DNA of 24,000 nucleotides from Anaerolineae bacterium (GTDB taxonomy: Bacteria > Chloroflexota > Anaerolineae > Anaerolineales > Villigracilaceae). Below are positions 1-7,512 of the stretch, one piece after another. Position 1 is the first letter of the stretch; every line of letters begins with the position of its first letter. The notes under the pieces were generated by a model. That model was not told the origin of the DNA. It searched no databases and worked only from the letters and a program-made list of their open reading frames with translations. A program made the position numbers and the translations under genes. The stretch is taken from positions 1 through 24,000 of the forward strand of contig DNDO01000049.1 of NCBI GenBank assembly GCA_003484265.1, read 5' to 3'.

Positions 1-373
1 GTACAATTCTCTTGTTCGGCTTGAACTCTGTTGGAGGAGGAGATAACCTGCGAGACAAAAACCACCACCATAATCCTGCAAGGACTGTTTCCACTACGAA
101 GAAAGTATATTCTTCAATGGGAACATATCCGAGAACAATTCCTGTCACCAGGTCGGGGTTGTAAGACCAGACGCCTGTCGCAACGAGATAATTGTCCCAC
201 GGAGTGGTGTATGCGACCGCAAGAAAAACATGGATGCCGATGGCGATCCATACCGCACGTCCATTGCGAAAACCTTGAATCTGTTTACGATTCCTGTTAT
301 CCCTTAGCGTGAGGGCAAGGAAAATTAGAATGGGGAAGAATAAAAAACGAAGTAAAAATCCGAAATAGGTCAT
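1..373 (-). CDS. Lycopene cyclase domain protein (CrtYc/CrtYd-type), N-terminal part only; gene continues past the left window edge
   Basis: Not in the ORF track because no stop lies in the window. Manual translation from ATG (complement of 371-373) gives MTYFGFLLRFLFFPILIFLALTL...AVAYTTPWDNYLVATGVWSYNPDLVTGIVLGYVPIEEYTFFVVETVLAGLWWWF. It is hydrophobic, and the TPWDNYLV...G.W.Y and PIEEY.FF motifs are typical of the small membrane lycopene cyclase domain family. It lies downstream of and co-directional with crtI and the P450. Confidence 0.72.
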   Translation of the reverse strand, partial: MTYFGFLLRFLFFPILIFLALTLRDNRNRKQIQGFRNGRAVWIAIGIHVFLAVAYTTPWDNYLVATGVWSYNPDLVTGIVLGYVPIEEYTFFVVETVLAGLWWWFLSRRLSPPPTEFKPNKRIV

Positions 374-445
374 TATGTTCCTCTGCCATCGCGAGGCGGT
401 GATCATCCGCCCGAAGCCATGGCCGTCAGCGAGTTATAGATTGCT

Positions 446-1714
446 TTATCCCAATCGGTGCTCACAATCACGGCTTGTTACTTTCATCATCACCCCAGGG
501 CGCGGTTCCAGCGTTGCACCCATGTGGGGATGGATCTTGTGATCGGCAAATTCAAATTTATATGTGCGAAGCAATTGTGCCAGCACAACTCGTGCCTCTG
601 CCTGACCGAACGCCGCACCGATGCACGTCCGTGGGCCGCCGCCGAAAGGCACATATGCGAATGGCGGTGTCTTTTGCCCGCGGGCAAAACGTTCGGGGCA
701 AAAGTTTTCAGCGTTCTCCCAGATTTCAGGGTCCCGGTGAGTGAGGTAGATGGAATAGAACATACGCTCATCTGTGGGGACTTTCCCTTCATTGAATTCC
801 ATCTCCTCAGCCACGCTCCGATTGCCGATGTGAATGGGCGGATACAAGCGGAGACTCTCCTTGATAACCTGGTCGAGCAATGGCGACTTTTCCATCGAAT
901 CCACTTCTTCGATTACGCGTTTATGAACATCTGGGTGCTGTCCAAGCAATACAAAAACCCATGCCAGAAGGGCAGTGGATGTGTCATGACCCGCAATGAG
1001 CATCGTTAACATCTGGTCGCGGATGATATCGTCTGTAAGATCGGCGTCAATGAGGTGTTGTAGCAAGTCTTGATTCTTGTCTGCCTTCTGCCTTCTGCGA
1101 TCTGCAATAATTCCATACAAATATTTATCCAATACGTTCAACGGTTTACGAAATCCAAACCGCGGCATTTTTCTCCACAAGATCCACATCCCCGGCGAGA
1201 TGTATTTGATGGCTTTGAGTATGGGCGTCCAGACAAGAGGAATGTCATCCCAAACATCTTTGCTGAATAAAGTGTCCATGATGATGAGCAGAGCGATCTT
1301 GCGCGACTCGACGAGCATATCTACAACATCACCGTCCTGCCATTTGGAGGTCACTCTCTCCGTGTGGGAGATGAATTTCGATGTGAACCCAGATAATTGA
1401 GAAGGGTGAAGCGGCGGCTCCATCAGTTTACGATAGAGGTCGTGTTCGTCGCCGTCCACGATTAATACACCTTGACGCAATAGATCAGTCACAGGGTCGG
1501 TGTTGCGCCACAGAACCTTATCGCGTTCAGTGACCAACACTTTGCGATTCGCTTCAGGACCAAAGACCACATACGGGCGAAATCCAGGCAGTGGAATTTG
1601 AAAGAAGCGGCCGATGTGTGATGCCATCACTTTCAACGGACCCAGCGGCGAGCCTTCCTTGATGAGCGCTCGCAGTGCCGCACGCCCTAAATCTGGGGAA
1701 ATACTTTTTGCCAT
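446..1714 (-). CDS. Cytochrome P450 monooxygenase (possibly carotenoid/retinoid modifying; substrate not determinable)
   Basis: 422 aa. Heme-thiolate signature FGGGPRTCIGAAFG, I-helix AGHDTS, and ExxR in KESLRLYPP. The start is only 3 nt after the photolyase stop. Confidence 0.9.
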   Translation of the reverse strand: MAKSISPDLGRAALRALIKEGSPLGPLKVMASHIGRFFQIPLPGFRPYVVFGPEANRKVLVTERDKVLWRNTDPVTDLLRQGVLIVDGDEHDLYRKLMEPPLHPSQLSGFTSKFISHTERVTSKWQDGDVVDMLVESRKIALLIIMDTLFSKDVWDDIPLVWTPILKAIKYISPGMWILWRKMPRFGFRKPLNVLDKYLYGIIADRRRQKADKNQDLLQHLIDADLTDDIIRDQMLTMLIAGHDTSTALLAWVFVLLGQHPDVHKRVIEEVDSMEKSPLLDQVIKESLRLYPPIHIGNRSVAEEMEFNEGKVPTDERMFYSIYLTHRDPEIWENAENFCPERFARGQKTPPFAYVPFGGGPRTCIGAAFGQAEARVVLAQLLRTYKFEFADHKIHPHMGATLEPRPGVMMKVTSRDCEHRLG

Positions 1715-1717
1715 TAA

Positions 1718-3067
1718 CTATTCTTTGACACTTTCTTTTGAAAATTTATACGCTTGCAATGTTCTTTCTTTATCACGCTCGATGATCGGCTTTTCAGGGT
1801 AACCTTTTGCTTTGATTCCTTTTTCCCACGGCGCGTGAATGACCTTTGCATCCACATCGCGCAGTTCGGGAATCCAATTGCGGATGTAATCCCCGTTCGG
1901 GTCGAACTTTTTACTTTGCAGGGTTGGGTTGAAAATTCTAAAATAGGGCGCGGCATCGGTGCCTGTGCCAGCCGTCCATTGCCAGCCGCCATTATTTGCG
2001 GCGATGTCGCCATCGAGCAGGTTTTCCAGGAACCATGCCTCGCCCCAACGCCAGTCGATCAGCAGGTCTTTGACCAAATAAGACGCAACAATCATGCGCG
2101 CACGGTTGTGCATCCAGCCGGAACCTTTAAGTTGACGCATTCCTGCGTCGACAATCGGCACGCCGGTCCTGCCATCTTTCCATGCCTGGAATTCAGTCCG
2201 GTCATTACGCCAGGCGATATTTGCCAGCGATGATTTGAATGAAGTCTTTGCAATGTGCGGGAAGTGATACAGGATCTGGATATAGAACTCGCGCCAGATC
2301 AATTCATTCAACCAGACTTCAGCCCCCGCCCCCTTTTTTTGACTGATAGCCTGCCGCGCTTCACTGACAGCCTGTCTCAGCCCGAGCATTCCAAACCGCA
2401 GATACGGTGAAAGTGAGGATGTGCCATCCAGATCCATGCGGTTGCGGTCTTCGCCATAGGCATGAATTTTTCTGAATAGGAATTCTTCCAGCCGAACGAG
2501 CGCTTCCTTTTCACCCGCAGGAAAAAGGGGGTCCGCTTGGAATGGCGGCAGATGCCCGGACGTGAGCTTAAACGGTGTATTGATTTTTTCAGGTGCAGGG
2601 TAAAGTTCCAACTTTGATGGAAGTTTTGTCTTCCATATTTTTGAGTATGGTGTGTACACGGTATATGGTTTCCCATCCGCTTTGAGAACTTTATTTGGGT
2701 GGTGTACGGTTTGCCCGCTGACGAGGCTCAGGGGGAGATGATTTTTGATTTCCAGGTCCCGTTTACGGGCGTAAGGGGTGAAATCTTCCTCGGCAAATAT
2801 CTGTTTGGCATTAGTCTCTTGTATTAATTGACGTAATACATTTAGCGGTTTTCCCGTACGAATTACGAGATATGATTGATGTTTACGTAAATTTTTGTCA
2901 AGCGCGTCTAAACCTGCGTAAAGAAAGTCCTTCCGACGCGGAGACTGGGAGGAAAAGGCTGGATCGAGGATAAAGACGGGCAGGACGGATCCAACTTTGA
3001 GCGCGGAATGAAGCGCAGCGTTATCTGTCAGCCGCAAGTCACGTCGGATCCACCAGATCGCAGTCAT
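1718..3067 (-). CDS. phrB: Deoxyribodipyrimidine (CPD) photolyase / cryptochrome-photolyase family
   Basis: 449 aa. N-terminal WWIRRDLRLTDNAAL. C-terminal FAD-binding block DGDIAANNGGWQWTAGTGTDAAPYFRIFNPTLQSKKFDP. Its ATG overlaps the stop of the upstream small membrane gene (ATGA, 3064-3067). Confidence 0.93.
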   Translation of the reverse strand: MTAIWWIRRDLRLTDNAALHSALKVGSVLPVFILDPAFSSQSPRRKDFLYAGLDALDKNLRKHQSYLVIRTGKPLNVLRQLIQETNAKQIFAEEDFTPYARKRDLEIKNHLPLSLVSGQTVHHPNKVLKADGKPYTVYTPYSKIWKTKLPSKLELYPAPEKINTPFKLTSGHLPPFQADPLFPAGEKEALVRLEEFLFRKIHAYGEDRNRMDLDGTSSLSPYLRFGMLGLRQAVSEARQAISQKKGAGAEVWLNELIWREFYIQILYHFPHIAKTSFKSSLANIAWRNDRTEFQAWKDGRTGVPIVDAGMRQLKGSGWMHNRARMIVASYLVKDLLIDWRWGEAWFLENLLDGDIAANNGGWQWTAGTGTDAAPYFRIFNPTLQSKKFDPNGDYIRNWIPELRDVDAKVIHAPWEKGIKAKGYPEKPIIERDKERTLQAYKFSKESVKE

Positions 3068-3411
3068 GCCGGTATCACCAGAATGATACCGAACACTACC
3101 TCCACAATGAGGCTAATGATGTTCGACGAGACCGCCGATTTATCTACCACCATGGAAACCCCGCGCACCAGGGCGATGGCGAGATAGGTGATGCCAAGCA
3201 TCAGATACGCAGCAGGTGCATCGAGCGCCAACGGGACTGCTCCCAAAGCGATGAACACGCCTCCGAGAATTGAACGGATTTCTGTGATACCGCGTCCGCC
3301 AACGGGTTGCAGACCGGTAAAGGCTGTGATGGCTGTCGGCTTGATCAGAGAATACAAGCCCGTGAGTATGGTTGCAATGGCAGCGATTATGTGCATAATT
3401 TGAATGATCAT
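3064..3411 (-). CDS. Small integral membrane protein (DUF4345-like, about 4 TM)
   Basis: 115 aa and almost entirely hydrophobic helices. AGGAAAA SD upstream of the ATG. Translationally coupled to the photolyase. The family assignment is from memory of the pattern only. Confidence 0.6.
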   Translation of the reverse strand: MIIQIMHIIAAIATILTGLYSLIKPTAITAFTGLQPVGGRGITEIRSILGGVFIALGAVPLALDAPAAYLMLGITYLAIALVRGVSMVVDKSAVSSNIISLIVEVVFGIILVIPA

Positions 3412-3444
3412 AGGTTTTCCTAATTCTGAGTTCCTTATTGAATA

Positions 3445-4311
3445 TCAGAGTCGCGGGATTAATACAGGCGTTCTCTTTTTATATAACTCATAGTTTTCCT
3501 GTCCGCCCCATTTATTGTCTGCTTTTTTCTCAAGCTGAGGAACCCCACTAACGCGGGTAAGAAGCAATGCGACGAAGACAGGGGAAATCAGGGCAATCCA
3601 TTGCCAACCCTGCAGAACAGGCAGGGCGATTATTGACACGCCGACCCAGAGGACGATCTCACCAAAATAATTGGGATGGCGGGATCGCGACCATAATCCT
3701 GTTTGAATGAACCTGCCTTTATTGGCTGGATTTGCGTTAAATTTACTTTTCTGAGAGTCGGCAATAACCTCGAACGTAAAACCGATAGCCCAAACCAGAA
3801 AACCAACGACGGCAAACAGGTCTAATTCTTTTCTGGCGGTCGTTGTGATGGCAACCAGCGCCGCCGCCATTGTGAACGTTACCCACAAGCCCTGGATGGT
3901 CCATACATTTAGGAAGCGGATAAATGATGGTTTGAGTTCATCGAATCGATCATCCTTGCCCGCTTTTTTTATCCTGCCAAACAGGAATGTTCCGAGTCGG
4001 ATTGCCCAGATAATGACAAGACCTGATAAAAGGATTGATCTGGGGTCTACACCTGTGCTGAAAAAGAGGGCGAGAATGATTCCAGAAATATAAGTGATGC
4101 TTCCCGTCAGGTCAAAAAATTTTTCGGTTTGCCGCAAATATGCGGGGATAAATGCCAGCCACTGGATCATAAATACCATCCCAACCAACAAGGCGAATAA
4201 TGGAATGCCAGCTATAGAAGTTCCATTCTGGCTGCCTGCCCAGGCGACCAAAGCGCCGATCAATATCAAGATGGGAAATGTAAGTAGTGCATTACGATCT
4301 GATTTCTTCAT
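3445..4311 (-). CDS. DUF1295 / steroid-5-alpha-reductase-like polytopic membrane protein
   Basis: The track ORF extends to 4569, but that N-terminus overlaps the upstream gene. Start re-set to MKKSDRNALL (ATG = complement of 4309-4311), preceded by an AGGAA SD. 288 aa, multi-TM, with the C-terminal signature WSRSRHPNYFGEIVLWVG typical of DUF1295/ICMT-like reductase-methyltransferase folds. Confidence 0.8.
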   Translation of the reverse strand: MKKSDRNALLTFPILILIGALVAWAGSQNGTSIAGIPLFALLVGMVFMIQWLAFIPAYLRQTEKFFDLTGSITYISGIILALFFSTGVDPRSILLSGLVIIWAIRLGTFLFGRIKKAGKDDRFDELKPSFIRFLNVWTIQGLWVTFTMAAALVAITTTARKELDLFAVVGFLVWAIGFTFEVIADSQKSKFNANPANKGRFIQTGLWSRSRHPNYFGEIVLWVGVSIIALPVLQGWQWIALISPVFVALLLTRVSGVPQLEKKADNKWGGQENYELYKKRTPVLIPRL

Positions 4312-4334
4312 GGGAAATTTCCTTTTGAAGCGGG

Positions 4335-5009
4335 TTAAAACCCGCGTCTTTGACCCTGCCATGGGGCGGGGGAATCGTTTTTGAACTCTTCCACGCTGGG
4401 ACCACTCAGAGTGACAAGCCGCCAGGCCCCATAGATGTAACTGACGATGAGCAGGACGATGGTCGCAGGCCAGCCTGTCAATGCGTTGACCATCGCCAAC
4501 TGGCTTGTGTCCTGCCCTTGAAAGAGCGTCACCTGCCACCACAAACGAAGTGTGAAAAAGACAGTCCATACCAGAGTGACTTCAGTATAAGCAGGACGTA
4601 CCTGGGCATGCCAATACCATTCCAGGGGCCAACGGCGGGCGAAGTAGCTTGTCCATGCCACCATGGGTTTGCGGATAAGCAGGCTGACCAGTGCAAGCGC
4701 GATCGTGATTCCTCCGTTGACAATGCCCGGGAGAAAGTAGCCTTCAGAACGTCCGAGCAGAAGCGCGAGTGCAAATGCCAGCGCGACACTTCCCATGCCT
4801 GCAAGGGCATACATTAGAGATTGTTTGCGGCGCAAGCGCATGATGGCTATCACGATTGCTGTACCGAGCGCTCCGTACATTGCGGCTTGGAAACCAACTA
4901 GTCCATTTAATAACAAAAATAAAACCGGCGGCAGGATGGTATCCAGTACGCCAACTCCATTGGTGACGGAGCGGAGTTCCTCCATCAGTTCGCGTGTTTT
5001 GTCACGCAT
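4335..5009 (-). CDS. Polytopic membrane protein (DUF3159-like)
   Basis: 224 aa. The pattern LDTILPPVLFLLLN ... MRLRRKQS ... YFLPGIVNGG ... IRKPMVAW resembles DUF3159 as I recall it. The start overlaps the stop of the upstream gene by 8 nt. Confidence 0.62.
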   Translation of the reverse strand: MRDKTRELMEELRSVTNGVGVLDTILPPVLFLLLNGLVGFQAAMYGALGTAIVIAIMRLRRKQSLMYALAGMGSVALAFALALLLGRSEGYFLPGIVNGGITIALALVSLLIRKPMVAWTSYFARRWPLEWYWHAQVRPAYTEVTLVWTVFFTLRLWWQVTLFQGQDTSQLAMVNALTGWPATIVLLIVSYIYGAWRLVTLSGPSVEEFKNDSPAPWQGQRRGF

Positions 5010-5328
5010 GCTTTCCCAGCCAGAATTTGCGCCAGTCGTTTTCGCTGTTTTGGAGGGTAATGAAAGCGTAGAGACTGCCCGCGAGGAATCCGAGGATCAT
5101 CACGGCAGCTGTCCATACGATCGCCACAGGCAGGGATTTCTCGCGGAAGATGATCCATCCTGAGAAAAGCACGAAGCCCGTGTATAAGTCTACGAGTGAG
5201 ACGATGCCCCAGGGCATGGATGCCAACTGTTTTCCTTCGGCGAAAAAGTCACCCACGATGAAGCCATAAATCAGGGCGGCAGCCATTGCAAGCACACCCA
5301 GAGCGGATACGATTTTTGCATTGCGCAT
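5002..5328 (-). CDS. Small membrane protein (DUF1475-like, about 3-4 TM)
   Basis: Start re-set to MRNAKIVSALGVL (ATG = complement of 5326-5328), giving 108 aa. The motif MPWGIVSLVDLYTGFVLFSGWIIFRE is recalled as DUF1475-like. It begins 31 nt downstream of the heliorhodopsin stop. Confidence 0.58.
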   Translation of the reverse strand: MRNAKIVSALGVLAMAAALIYGFIVGDFFAEGKQLASMPWGIVSLVDLYTGFVLFSGWIIFREKSLPVAIVWTAAVMILGFLAGSLYAFITLQNSENDWRKFWLGKHA

Positions 5329-5359
5329 ATTGTTTTTCACTTTGTACGTCAGATTCTTC

Positions 5360-6139
5360 CTATACCGGTGCCAGCGTGCCAGCAAAGATCATCCAGGCTA
5401 ATACTGTTTTTGCAACCAAACTGAGAATTACGAAAGCCCGTTCTCCATATAAGTAGTTTTTCCATGGTCCGACCTTTTTATATTGCAGGTACATGTTGAC
5501 TGCGAAAGTATTGAAGAACACGAACAGGGTTGGGATGATGGCGTACACAAAGGCAGGCGGCTTGGCTTCCCCGCCGGATGCAATGGAGCCAAAGAAGTAG
5601 ATGAATATCACCAGCCAGGGGATAATTCCAGCGATCGAGCCGAAAGTGAATGGCGACCAATCCGGTTTTGCTCTCCCTTGATTAAGGCTCTCCATCAATA
5701 AGCCGAACAGGTTCATCATGGCATTCAATCCAAACATAAGGATGATGGCGCCCAAATCCCAGACGCCCGCCAGCATGCCTATTAGTACAATCATAAGAGA
5801 TGAACTAAGGGCATATTCGTAAAAACGAATGGGATTTTTTCCCTGCTGTAGGTTTTCCACATAGCTTGTGTAACCGATGGTGGAAAGATAGAAGTGGGCG
5901 ATAGCGGAAAGCAGCAGGAAGATGGCAACCGATGGACCGAGAGGCAGTTCGTAGAACAGGTCAGCCACTGGGGAAAGTGAGAAGGTGGATGTATTGAAAC
6001 TAAGGAAGTTCGTAAATACAGGGTAGGTAGTATCGTTGCTGACGACCCACATAAATACTCCCTGAATCAAATGTAAGAATCCCATGATCAGGTTGAATCG
6101 TCGAAGTTTTGAGAAAGTTTGATCGGTTTGGACAGGCAT
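5360..6139 (-). CDS. Heliorhodopsin (7-TM retinal protein, inverted-topology rhodopsin family)
   Basis: 259 aa and colinear with heliorhodopsin 48C12 as recalled. RFYEYALSSSLMIVLI matches RWVEYSLSSSVMIVLI. YGERAFVILSLVAKTVLAWMIFAGTLAPV matches RGERAYIVLSLVAKSALAWQIFSGTLIPA. FGLNAMMNLFG, GSIAGIIPW and FVFFNTFAVNMYLQYKK also match. Putative Schiff-base Lys K244 (codon 5408-5410), counterion Glu E108 (5816-5818), and conserved His23 and His82. AAGGAG SD 8 nt upstream of the ATG. Confidence 0.9.
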   Translation of the reverse strand: MPVQTDQTFSKLRRFNLIMGFLHLIQGVFMWVVSNDTTYPVFTNFLSFNTSTFSLSPVADLFYELPLGPSVAIFLLLSAIAHFYLSTIGYTSYVENLQQGKNPIRFYEYALSSSLMIVLIGMLAGVWDLGAIILMFGLNAMMNLFGLLMESLNQGRAKPDWSPFTFGSIAGIIPWLVIFIYFFGSIASGGEAKPPAFVYAIIPTLFVFFNTFAVNMYLQYKKVGPWKNYLYGERAFVILSLVAKTVLAWMIFAGTLAPV

Positions 6140-6191
6140 TAATATAGCTCCTTTTGCTTATTGGTTTATGTAAATAGAAAGTGTTTTTCGA

Positions 6192-7490
6192 TTAGGCGAA
6201 TTTTTGGGACTCGAGAGTCAACCAGTCGCTTATTTCATTTCCATCTTCATTCATCACTCCTTTAACAGAGACGGCGTACATTTCCAGGTAGATCGGTAAT
6301 ATGGCGGTGGATACGTTTTGGGTGATGAGTAAGTTGCTCAACCACTGCATGTCTGTGGAGAGAAAATTGATATCGCCGAGTTTGAGGGTTGCGATCAGGC
6401 TGTCGCCGAGGAATTGGTTGGCAGTGTCGAGAAAGTCGATGGATTGACCCTGCGATGCAATAATGTGGGATAAGGTGGTTTCGATCTGAGTTCTGTGTTG
6501 ATGAAATTCATCTGCGAGGAGAAGGGTACCGTTTTTGGCGGTTTCCTCTTTTACCATAGGGACAGAGTTTACGATCAGGTTTTCGATGGCGGGGACAGCA
6601 CTTCCGATGCTGTTGCCGAGAAAATGGGCAGGGATCCGTTTTTCAAGTCCGTTGATGTCATTGAAAACCCTGCCTCCAAATGCTGATTGAATCCCTTTTT
6701 TATTTAGTGTTCGCGCCATCTCGCGCAAGTGGACGGCGTTCACCAGGGTCTGCGCGGAGAGCACAACCAGTTTGGGCTTGGTGGTTTTGACCGTTTCATC
6801 GATGCGGGCTGTCGGTACGTTTGCGCCAAGATAGACCACATTCCAGCCGCGTCTTCGTAATAAGAGATTGGTCAGTAACAATGGGAAGGCGTGCCATTCA
6901 TTAGGCGGGCAGGCAAGCACGATGGTCTCGTTGCGGGTTGGAGAAGGGGTTGCGCTTATGAGTGCTTCGAGCCTGCGTGTGGCGAGGCCCGATGCGAAGT
7001 GTTCCTGTTGGACGGACGCCGAGCCTTTGTGCCAGTATTCACCGACTTCGTATAATCCGCGCATGATGATCTCTGTGCAGGCTATCTCAATGGAATGAGC
7101 GGCAAATGCCTGATTCAATATTTGTTCCGCGGCGACCGTATTATAGTTGAAGCAAGCAGTCAGCCACTCTCTGCGCAAGGCTTCGATGTTCAAGTTGTCA
7201 ACAGGGATATTGTTTTTTGGTTGCGAATCAGCCAGAGGGTCTGTACCCGAAGCGATGGTTTCGTTCCACAAGTCTACTGCGCGGGAGATCGAAAGTCCTT
7301 CCTCCTGTTTTGCGAGCAGCCATTTGATCGTCGCGATATCGCGATCGGAATACAGGCGATGCCCGCCTGATGTGCGCTGTGGAACGGGGAGACCGTAGCG
7401 GCGTTCCCATGCACGTAGTGTGTCGGCGGCAATGCCCGTTTGGTTGAGCACGACTTTGATATTGTAGGTGGGTGTCTGGCTGATTATCAT
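6192..7490 (-). CDS. litR: MerR-family, B12-binding light-responsive transcription regulator (LitR/CarH type) with an extra C-terminal domain
   Basis: 432 aa. N-terminal MerR HTH (YNIKVVLNQTGIAADTLRAWERRYGLP...GGHRLYSDRDI). W153-x9-E163-H164 (EYWHKGSASVQQEHF) is the CarH-type AdoB12 cap motif. Rossmann B12-binding domain with E198-W-H200-A-F-P203 in place of ExHxxG. About 125 residues follow the B12 domain, which canonical ~300-aa CarH lacks. Confidence 0.87.
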   Translation of the reverse strand: MIISQTPTYNIKVVLNQTGIAADTLRAWERRYGLPVPQRTSGGHRLYSDRDIATIKWLLAKQEEGLSISRAVDLWNETIASGTDPLADSQPKNNIPVDNLNIEALRREWLTACFNYNTVAAEQILNQAFAAHSIEIACTEIIMRGLYEVGEYWHKGSASVQQEHFASGLATRRLEALISATPSPTRNETIVLACPPNEWHAFPLLLTNLLLRRRGWNVVYLGANVPTARIDETVKTTKPKLVVLSAQTLVNAVHLREMARTLNKKGIQSAFGGRVFNDINGLEKRIPAHFLGNSIGSAVPAIENLIVNSVPMVKEETAKNGTLLLADEFHQHRTQIETTLSHIIASQGQSIDFLDTANQFLGDSLIATLKLGDINFLSTDMQWLSNLLITQNVSTAILPIYLEMYAVSVKGVMNEDGNEISDWLTLESQKFA

Positions 7491-7512
7491 TTATCTTTCC
7501 AATTATTTGAGT

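Noticed and set aside
31-312. 93-aa + strand ORF at the left edge
   Set aside because: It lies antisense to a much better supported - strand lycopene-cyclase-domain reading frame. It has no SD, and the peptide is low-complexity and non-protein-like.
4312-4569. N-terminal 86-aa extension of the track ORF 3445..4569
   Set aside because: The extension overlaps the 3' part of the 4335..5009 gene in another frame and is Arg/His-rich with no membrane character. An internal ATG at 4311 with an AGGAA SD gives a typical DUF1295-length protein.
3445-5009. Possibility that one of the polytopic membrane proteins is a Blh/Brp beta-carotene 15,15'-dioxygenase
   Set aside because: Neither protein shows the four membrane-embedded His residues or the overall pattern of Blh/Brp as I recall it. 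The signatures fit DUF1295 (RHPNYFGE) and DUF3159-like proteins instead.
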